Origin: the human T2T-CHM13v2.0 reference genome, Homo sapiens
Length of the DNA stretch: 64,000 nucleotides
NCBI RefSeq assembly: GCF_009914755.1
Contig: NC_060928.1
Reading direction: 5' to 3' (one strand)
Shown here: positions 43,401-52,505 of the stretch, one piece after another
How positions within the stretch are numbered: position 1 is the stretch's first letter
How the letters are laid out: every line of letters starts with the position of its first letter
The notes under the pieces: model-generated
The model's input: only the letters and a program-made list of their open reading frames with translations
Told to the model about the DNA's origin: nothing
Databases searched by the model: none
Program-made: the position numbers and the translations under genes

Positions 43401-45950
43401 ACTGCCCTCAGCCAGGAACCCATCCAATCTCTAAAACATTTTCCCAGATGAGGATGGACCAAATTTAAGAGAGAAACCAGGTCAGCAGGGGGACTTTTCA
43501 CCTTCCTGCAATTCCTCTTCCAGCTTTGGTTCAGTCATGTAAGCCCTGTCACTCTGACATGTGCTCAGCTGGTTTCCTACAACCATAACTGTGTATTTGC
43601 ACATAGGTCTAAGGCAGTCATGATGGCATTGTCTTTTTTAATGATCTAGATAGGATCTTATACAATTTTGAAAAAAAGCTTTTTATTTCTTTTAGCCAAA
43701 TAGTATTCCGCTAATAATCTTAGCCTTGAAACACAGCCCATGCTCTGATAGAAGGGATCTGAAGTTAGAAGATCAGCTTGAGAGTTCAAAGGAAAAAATC
43801 AGCTTCTTATTCTACCCATACCCCACCTTGTGAAGAGTAACAGAATTTTTGTGCATGAGAATTTTTTAAAAAGAAGAAAATGTAGTTTTATGGGATTTTG
43901 TCATCAAAATGCCTGAGGAATTTAAATATCACAACAAGCTTGTAGGAAAAGCATCAAATTAAAAAATTACACCAGCATAGAAACTTGTGCAGAAAACCTA
44001 TTGGTACTCATATCAAACCCCTGCAGGGTAATTATTTACTAAATAAATCAGAATTATTCAGTTACTACATATCTTAAATTGGGATGCAAGTAGTGCCACG
44101 AGTCTAGCTAAAGATGAGGCCTAACAGCAGAACCAAATTTATAATTCTAGATACTACATTTCAAGAGGAAAAATAAAAGCCATGTTGTCCTTATCAGCTG
44201 GGAATAGAGAATTTCAGTATGAACTGAATTTTAATTTCCCATAGTCCTTAGAAGTTACAATAAATTAATCCGGCAAAGAAGATTCAAAAGCTATTTTTTG
44301 CCACCTAAGAAAATACATGGACCTGCATTATAGTTGCTATTATATTTGCACAAAGAAAGTTGCCAAAGAAAATGTAATAAACCATCCAGGAGTAAAGTTA
44401 AACTTTCCAAAAAGAGCTGATTTATCTTATAAAGAAGAATAAATGCAATATTTTGATGAAACTGATCATACCCAATAATGACATCAACATAATTCTGATA
44501 TTTTTAGAATCCTAGAGGGCTATCTCATTTGATTTACACAATTAAAGGTTAAAAAAAAAACTGTATCTTCTTTGTGTTCAAACCTGTACCAAAGATCTTT
44601 AACCCTTCTCTTTATTCTTTTAAAGACTGCTTCCCAGTTCATAAAGCAAACTCCTCTAAGCAGTACTCACAATTTTTAAAAGAATGTACAGATAACCCTA
44701 AGATAACTTGTGAGAGCCACTCTCATCCTGCAACTCACTCCACAGAATATTAAAATGTTAAAGCACAGAATGCTAAACCCACCACCTACAGTCTCATGTA
44801 TATATGAACATCTAATTATCTACCCTGTAAATTTTATCGAGACTAACTATAAGTACTTGTCCAGATTTCTTTGTTTAATATACCACCAAAGTCATTTACC
44901 TGTGATTTTTCATTTTTCCCCATTTTTGTTTTGATCAGGACACAATACAAAATTTTTATCAAAGGTATCAATCTCTGTATTTAGCATAATTCATAACCTA
45001 ATTTAACAATTACTTTAGTGAGCATCTGTACAATATCTGTTTTAAAGACCTATAGGTAAAAGAAACTATTATTGACCATATAAGGTATCAACCAAAACTG
45101 TGCTTGGTGTATACACCAACTTTGTAACCACAAAATGGTTACTTTGTCCAATGCAGAGCCCAGGGGAAATACTTTTTTTGTAACTGAGTTTTAGAAATTA
45201 TTCATTCTAAAACCACATAAAATAATTTTTAAACAAAATCACTCTTATCTGCCCTGAAATTAACTAATTGTATCCCTTTATTCTAAGTCACATCTCCTCA
45301 AAATTTGCAGGTAGAAATCCGCTTCCTACACAGTTTCAGCTTTCTCCAAAAATATCAGATACGCAGAAAATAAAATAGAAAACATTCTGCCTTGATGAGT
45401 AGAAAAATGATTCTAGAAAAGGGTAGGAAATCCCCTTCTGAATCCAGGTGTTTCAACTTCATTGAATACTGCTGTGTGGTTTGTTACCGGTTTTTTAATG
45501 AGAACAGGCTTGTGTACCACAAACTGTGTCCTCACTGTTATAAATGGGCCACTAACTTAGCCAGTAAACTTGTATAGGATGTGATGTGTCCAGTCCTTTG
45601 GGCAAGATGCCCCACCCTTTTTAATGAGGAGGAGGGGGCATTTTAAACCACCAAGGGAAAATATTGAGCATATTGAATGTGAAACTTCTGATTCTTCAAT
45701 TACATTATTTTTCCCCCAGGGATAAAAAGGAGGGCACTCTCTCTATCAGAAGGGCGGTGTCACGTGAAGTGCAGCTGGTGCGGGTGGTGGAGAGGCCAAG
45801 CCTTTCGCAAACCACCTACAACTCTTACCACCTGAATGAAGCTTCTGAGAAGGGGTACTGCATCTTGAAGCCAGACAAGAATCCCTGAAGGGGAGAGGGA
45901 GTGAGGAGGGAAGGGGGGAGACTGGGAAACAAGAAATCATCTCCTCTGAC

Positions 45951-47009
45951 CTCTAGTGAAGTGCCAGGTTTTTTCTTTAGCTCTTCACATTTTCTAAATT
46001 TGCAGATCTGGTGTCCCGTTTTGCGGTTCCTGCAACTGCTGCAGACGCCACAGTTGATGAGCCTCTTGCAGGGCACGCAGACCCCACACCTTTTCCTCTT
46101 CTTCTTGGCTGGGTTGGCTCCGCCAGCTCCCCCTGAGGAGGACGAGGAGGAGGAGGAATGATTCTGCGGGCAGTCTGCCAGATTGGCAATTTGAAACGCA
46201 CTGTCTGTGACGGCTGCTGAGGCTGCTGCGGGGGAGTGAAGGGCTGTCATGACGATGACCCCTGGAGGTAATGAGATGCCCCCTAAAGCCGGGATAGCGG
46301 AAAAAGTCCCCACGCGCTCGGGGAGATTCATTATCTCTGCTTCAGCAGCGCCGCATTTGAGCTTGTTCATGCATTCCCCCGCCAAAGGTCTGCAGTGTTC
46401 AGGGGATAAGGTGGAGAGGAAATTAGTATTTGCCATTTGCAACGACGGCTCTGGCGGGCAGCCAGCTTTCCCCAGCCTCTGGGAGTCGTTTCGGTGGTGC
46501 ATGCTGGTCCTGCTGCCGCCGCCGCCGCCGCCGCCGCCACCGCCGGCGGGGAGGATCGCCGAGGAGGAGGAGGCGGAGGAGGAGGCGGCGGCGGAGGAGG
46601 ATTTCCTGCCGCCCCCACCACCCCCGCCCCCGCCTCCGCCGCCGCCGCCGCCGCCGCCACCCCCCCCGCCGCCGCCCCCGCCCCCGCCGCTGCCCCAGAG
46701 CATGGCGGTGGCGGCGGCGGCGGTGGCCGCGTTGTCGCAGTTCCAGGGGGACATGCCGATGCGCGCGGCGGCCGCGGCGGCGGCGGCGCTGCTGGGGAAG
46801 ATGGGGGTGGTGATGCGCGCGATCTTGGCCGCCTGTGGGAAGGCGCCCCCGTTGGTCTTGTAGAAGGAGGTGGCAAAGGAGCGGTAGCGCTCCATTTCCG
46901 AGTTGTAATCCACAAGGCTGTTCAGAGCCCCCTCGGGCAAGTGGCTTTCCTTGGGCAAGCCCGGGGCCTCCGGGCTCGGCCCGGGCTCCACGCAGACATT
47001 GGTGTTCAT
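45951..47009 (-). CDS. CXXC4: CXXC4/IDAX coding exon (exon 2), codons 1-353 of a 367-aa CXXC-type zinc finger protein
   Basis: ATG at 47009 in caccATG context gives [10 protein letters not shown]...[14 protein letters not shown]...[52 protein letters not shown]. The exon ends at a phase-0 donor GAG|GTCAGA (45951/45950). Protein recognised as IDAX/CXXC4. Confidence 0.97.
45978..46106 (-). other. CXXC4: CXXC zinc-finger domain (unmethylated-CpG binding) including the KTGHQI Dishevelled-PDZ-binding motif (46022..46005)
   Basis: CGxCxxC-x4-NCGxCxxC-x9-C-x4-C pattern with basic flanks in the translation; the KTxxxI motif is known for IDAX/CXXC5. Confidence 0.95.
46515..46544 (-). repeat. GGC repeat encoding Gly10, including pure (GGC)8
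   Basis: (gcc)8 at 46515-46538 followed by acc gcc on the + strand. Confidence 0.95.
46608..46688 (-). repeat. Interrupted (GGC/GGN)27 repeat encoding Gly27
   Basis: 81 nt of uninterrupted GGN codons between Ser (46691) and Arg (46607). Confidence 0.95.
46764..46787 (-). repeat. GCC/GCG repeat encoding Ala8
   Basis: Eight consecutive Ala codons in [11 protein letters not shown]. Confidence 0.9.
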
Positions 47010-47266
47010 GGTGCAGGGGGGGAAGAAGGGGTGCAGGGTGGAAGTGGGGACCGCCTGGTCCGACACCTGGGTGGAAAAGGGGGAAAGGTGGGGGGGAGGG
47101 AAGGGAGTGATGGTGGTGTTGGGGTGGGGGCCGAGGCGGGTGGGGAAAGTGGGTTCGGGTGGGGAGAGCAAGGTGAGGGCTGCTTTATTCCTCTCTGGGG
47201 CTCATTTCCACAGACGGTGAATTCCCAGGCAGCGTCTTCCTTTGCATTATCCTCCAACTGTTACAA
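47010..47266 (-). other. CXXC4: CXXC4 exon 2 5' UTR portion (257 nt)
   Basis: Acceptor TTTCTTTATTTTAG|TTG at 47268-47267, 257 nt upstream of the ATG. Confidence 0.8.
47185..47247 (-). other. 20-codon upstream [23 protein letters not shown]
   Basis: ATG at 47247 (ATAatgC, -3 A), second in-frame ATG (GAAatgA), TAA at 47187-47185; lies within the exon 2 5' UTR. Confidence 0.6.
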
Positions 47267-49906
47267 CTAAAATAAAGAAAGTCATTCCAACGAGCTGCAC
47301 GAGGAAAAAGATTAAAAATAAACAACCTCCCTCACTAACCCACCGCAGACACCGAAAGCTCCCACATTCTTCCATCAGGTCGTTTGCATAAGAATCATCA
47401 AGACGTGACCCCCCCCAGCCCATCCCCCCCAACTCTCCCAACCCCCGCTCCCTCCCTCCCCACAGCAAACCACAGCTCCTCCCCCCTATTCTTATAACCC
47501 TCCTGAGAAAATGTATTAATAGCCAGGATACCCAGGGAAAGAAGGAAGACGGGGGTGACAAACGCCTAAGGAAAAGGGCAATTGGAGTGCTAAAGACATG
47601 CAAATCATGGGTGGGAGGGCGATACTACCTATAAGCAGAGGGCATTTAAACATTATGAAATGTGTGAACAAGTGCTGCCTGGGCATGCAAATGCTGTAAA
47701 GTAGAAAACAGCAATGGCCCTATGAGGAAAATGAACAGGAAATTAGCAAATGAAGTACTGAAAAAGTCTACAATACATCCGAGTATAAACTGTAAGCAAA
47801 CACAATACAACTGAGAGCTAAGAGACTGCCCACATACAATCTGAACTAAAGAGGCAGGGAAAAAAGAACTACCAGCTGCCACAGTATCCTTCTGTGTCTG
47901 CGGTCATTAGTTTGAATCCCAGCACAGCTGGCTCTGTTAGGGTCTTAATTCAATGGACCAAGGACAGGTCTCAATTGTACAAGCCATTTGGTGGTGGGTC
48001 TTGGTGGGGGTAAGAGGGTGGTGTTCTACTTGATTTTTTTTAAGGTAGAAAATAAAGATAAGCCAGATAATTACATATATACATATTTATTTATATCAGC
48101 AATGTCTCAGGTTTTAAACCAAGTGCCTGCAGCCTCTATAAGAATATTCCTAATCATTCCTAATGGAGATTGCTGTCTCTTCCGAAGACAAGAGGAAAGC
48201 ATGGGACTTTTTGAAAAGGATATCTCACAATCACTGATTTTTACATTGAGTAAAAGGGGGGGGGGCTTTAACGTGTTCTTTGCCAGAGAAAAATAACAAA
48301 ATTATTTTTTAATTTTGCTCTTTTTAAGAGGAAAGTTTAATGTTAACTGGGTATTTGCATTAATCTCCTTGCTTACAGGCCATTATTATGCTTTAGGAAG
48401 AGGTATTTTAGTTGTTTATTACAGAGGGAGAAGTACATCACAGCCTTTTAAGAAGCAAAGCAAAGGCATAAAGTGTATATTCACTTAAAAAACCAGTTTC
48501 TTTGTTTCCAGATTTTTTGGCCAGAATATCTTTTTGTGACATCTTTTGAAGCCCATAGATTGGTCTAGAATGCAGAGTTCAGGGAATTCTACATGGGGGC
48601 CCAATAGTCTCCGTCTCAAATATTCAGAGTTCAAAATGGTTATCAATTATAGTAATTATGCTTATAATTAGGTTAATGAACCAGTTATGCCCAAACTCCA
48701 AGTGCAAAAACTTCAAGACCTACTGATGAGGTGCTCTAAAAAGAGGGGTTTATGTAAACAAATCCCTATTAGGCAAAGTAAATCAAGATAAGGAACCTCA
48801 CCCCAGGCTGGATTAGAAGCTTGCAGGCATCTTTCAATCACAGCAAGTCCCTAATCACTCAGGAACCACCTCTGTGGTTTCGCATTAGGGAAAACTGCTG
48901 CCTTCTCAGGTCTGAGGGCAATACAAAAGGTGCCCCCAAAATGCTCTTGGCTAAATATTCTTGATGCTTGGAAGGGGTGAGGGAAGACACAGCAAGAATA
49001 TGCATATAGCTTCAGTTTCTGCGAATCACATTGTAACTGCAAGACCATAATAACTGCTACTCAGTAAAAACTAGTTATGTCAACCATGCATTAGATATCA
49101 TCACATTGAGTGGAGGGAAAATTTTCAACCTTTTAGTCTTTTGACCTTGTTCCAAATAAATAAATAATTTAACGTCCCTTTTTTAGAGTCTTAGAGTGGT
49201 GTTTCCAAACACAAGCTTTCCTTGCTTTTCTGATTGCCATCACCATCCCTCTTCCTACCTCAAGGTTTAATACCACCAGAAACTGTAGAAAATGATTATG
49301 CCCAGTATCCAGGTCATTATTGTTTAATCAATGCATCTCTGGAGCATGAAAAAGGTATCTAAGCCACAGCTATTGTTTGGATTTTATTTAAAAACAAAAT
49401 AAAACACACACAAATAACTATAGTTCTATGCCAAAGCTAAATTAGAGATCCATACTTCATGATCCTGTTTTGCCTTTAAACAATGTGACTTTACATGCCT
49501 AATACTGTATGTCTGGTCTACCAGAGACATAGAGATCAAAGGTCATATTTAACATTCAGGAGGAGGGGCGGGTGCAGACTAATTAATAAATTAATACAGC
49601 GACGCTTTTTCTTGCTGGAGTCCAGCATTAATAATCTACTTTCACAATCCCAACGGACAGCAAACATTTAAGAGAAAAAAAAGCCAGAGAAAGAGAAAGA
49701 ACAATCACTTACCAGTCTCTTTTTATTTGGGGAGCCTTAGAATTTGCAGACGCTGCCAGTCTGCCTTTAATTAGTTGCACATCACCCCCTAACACAAAGA
49801 AACACAAATCCAGATGTGTCTTGGCAGCTCCCAATTACAACTTTAATACTTGTAAACAAACTGTTGGGGGGGGGGGGTAAATAAATATGCGGATCAAAAA
49901 AAATAC

Positions 49907-50110
49907 CTGTAAATGGCTTTTTTTTCTTGTTGCAGAGAGAAGGAGGAGGAGATGGTGTTAGTGGTGGGGGTGGAAGGAGGAGGAGGTGGGGGGAGAGGAA
50001 AGAGTCGAGTGTGAGTGTATGTGTGAGAGCGCGGGTCTGTTGTCGGTGGTCTCTCCTCTCCCAGCGCGTTGCTCTCCGTCCGTCTCCAGTCGCTGTGTGC
50101 GAGGGAGGGA
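49907..50110 (-). other. CXXC4: Probable non-coding exon 1 of CXXC4 (start site approximate)
   Basis: Lies just downstream (minus strand) of the CpG island, CCAAT and GC boxes. Donor CAG|GTATTT at 49907/49906; alternative donor CTG|GTAAGT at 49713/49712. No ATG in this segment. Confidence 0.6.
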
Positions 50111-50615
50111 GGGAGCCGGGGAGTCTCTCCTCTCTCTCTCCCCTCTCTCTCTCTCTCTCTCTTCCCCTCTCTCTCACCCTCCCCCCTTCTCTCTCTGTTT
50201 GTGTGTGTGCGAGTGTGCGGTTGCTGGGGGAGGGGAGCCACAGAGAAAGGCGAGGGAGGAGGTGTGGAGGCTGGGGGCGGGGGCGCGGGGGTGGGGGTGA
50301 TTGGCGCCGAGGTGAGGAGGACGCAGGGACGTGGACACCTACTGATGATTGGCTGCAAATTACACGGGGAACAAGAGGCGCACGCGGGCCAGCGCTCCTT
50401 TTCACAAATCCTCTCCTCGGCAGAGGAGCCACGTTTTCCCTGCTCGCCTGCGGATCGCCCTCCCTCCTCGCGCCCGGCTCTCCGGCTCAGCCCAGCACAC
50501 AGGGCTGTTGATTATTTTCTTTTGCTCTCGGAGATAATTGTTTGGAAGGGTTGGAAAGAGGGCGTTTCCGCCACTCTGCGTGTGGGGTGTGTGTGTGCGT
50601 GCGTGTGCGGGTGTG
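50000..50615 (-). promoter_or_regulatory. CXXC4 promoter CpG island with GC box and two CCAAT boxes
   Basis: High CpG density; GGGGCGGGG at ~50274-50283; ATTGG (CCAAT on minus) at 50300-50304 and 50348-50352; E2F-like TTGGCGCC at 50301-50308; (CT)n/(GT)n tracts at 50120-50220. Confidence 0.8.
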
Positions 50616-52261
50616 TGTGTAAATAAACTTGTCTGGGATTTCTGGCTGGGTTGAGAAGAGCAATACAAGAAACAGAGAAAAGGTCATGTTTGTTTGAAGA
50701 ATGCTCTTAGTTCGTACCCAATGGCATGGTTTTAAATAAATTTCCTGGTGTACCCAGGAAGACTTTAAAAAAAAATACCATTTAGATCTTTAAAGTAAGG
50801 GAAAACGGACCGGTGTGGTTCTTCAGACCCTCGAAGTACTATTATGCCAGAATGTAAAAAATCGGTGATATGATGCTTGGCCAATTTCAAAATCCATCTC
50901 AATCTCTGTCTCTCTTCTCTACTCTTCTCTCTCTCCTCCCAAAATCCTCTTTTACTATTCCATCTGGTAGTTCCAAAGAATAAATCAGATTTTTAACTCA
51001 CTGCCCTATTTTTTAATTTCAAACTTTACTTAAACAAAAACTTTTGTCTTTCAGTCTATTTTAGAATAGTATGTAATTAACATTTCACTTCTTGCCACTT
51101 GGGAAAACATAGTTTATGAATTGAAACATAAATATTGTACGGCACGTCAAATATAAATAAAACTCGTTCATAAATGCAGCTGTAAATTAACCTCTTCACT
51201 GCTGCCTCAAATAAAATATTTGTGGACACATGCTATCCTACTATTAAAGTATACTCTAGTGGAAATAGTTATAAGATACAGAATTATGAATACTTTTGAA
51301 TAATTTTTTTTCTAAGAGCAAAACAGTGGCTAAGGTAAGTTATAGAGTAGGAAAGAAAAAACTTAAGATTATTTAAATTGGTGTTATCAAGCAGAGTACA
51401 AGTTTTGTATTAAAATTAAGTGTTTATTCTAGAGTAATGCAATATTAATTGTTCAGATAAGTGAGGAAAATATAATGTTTTGTTTCTTTAATAAGAAAAA
51501 AAAGCTGAAAAGACATTTTAAACCATTTTGTATTTGAATTTTCAAAAGATAGACTTTGACCATATCAAGACATTACCAACTATGGAGGATAAATTGTTGA
51601 TAACAAGTTTGAAACTGTGGTGTGTGTATGCCTAAATGAAGGTGTTATTTCAAGAGTGGGCTACTATTGCAATAGGAAACAGGTGTATTTTGTGACTCAT
51701 TGATTAATATACATGTTTTGTAATTTTTTTAAAGCATAAGCTGTTTGATTATTACCGGTTATTTGACATCTATAGACAAAATAACTGGAGGGTTAATAAT
51801 TATTCAAGTTAATAAGATATTTTTATTCTTGTGCTAATGCATTATAAAAGCAAAAAAGGAAATTTTCCATTTGATTATTTTGTTTTAGCTCAGCTTCATA
51901 GGAAATTTATCAGGAAAATGTGGTCACTTTTTAATGAGTGAAAACATGCTAGAAAAATGATAGATTCTTAAACATCTTTTCACAATATTTAAAATATCAG
52001 TCCAATGTTAGAAATTTTGAAGTTTATAAATAAGCAATGTTTTTAATCAAATAAAGACATCATGCTTTCTTTTGCCAAATTTTCTTTTCTGGAAATTTTC
52101 CTTTTTGGAAATTCCTTTTCTCATGCTTTCCTTTTTGGGACTCTTCAAGCTTACTTTCAAAATGAAATCTTAAACACGTGAGAGAAAATATGTTCTAAAT
52201 TCCAATGAATTTTACTTTCCAGCTAATGAAGGAAAACTACAGAATTCTTGGTCTTAATAAT

Positions 52262-52505
52262 TAATAATAATAGCCCCTATTAATGACCCATTAGTGTCAG
52301 ATCCTGCACTAAGTAATTTGCAGATATTCTATTTTGTCCTTGCAATAATCCTGTGAAGTGGCTATTATTTCCATTTTACAAACAAGGAAATTGAGGCCCA
52401 GAGAAATGAGGTAACCTAGATTAGGTCACAAAGTTAGTATGTAAAAAGTTTGAAATTTGTACCCAATCTGGTCTATTCCAAAGCCTTATGTTTATAACCT
52501 CTACC
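52262..52505 (-). mobile_element. MIR
   Basis: ccattttacaaacaaggaaattgaggcccagagaaatgaggtaacc...aggtcaca core. Confidence 0.75.

Larger units (their letters stand above)
46000..47070. promoter_or_regulatory. Intragenic CpG island over CXXC4 exon 2
   Basis: Very high GC and CpG density compared with the AT-rich flanks. Confidence 0.85.
46170..47172 (+). ncRNA. Possible first exon of an antisense transcript (CXXC4-AS1-like); boundaries inferred
   Basis: An antisense lncRNA is known at the human CXXC4 locus (recollection, not checked). The sequence shows a CpG island and a strong + strand donor AAG|GTGAGG at 47172/47173. The start coordinate is a guess. Confidence 0.3.

Noticed and set aside
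47010-47171. 54-codon in-frame extension upstream of MNTN in the ORF track (448 aa)
   Set aside because: It starts at TTG inside a pyrimidine tract; the ATG at 47009 has a good Kozak context and yields the expected 367-aa product.
47006-47257. 83-aa TTG-started frame whose TGA overlaps the main ATG (ATGA)
   Set aside because: No ATG in frame, an in-frame TAA lies just upstream, and C-rich sequence lacks stops by composition.
46437-47270. 277-aa + strand ORF
   Set aside because: It is the exact antisense mirror frame of a GC-rich CDS and has a TTG start; a common artefact.
49782-50626. Several 100-216 aa ORFs over the promoter
   Set aside because: Low-complexity GC/GA/GT-repeat translations, mostly with non-ATG starts; expected in a CpG island.
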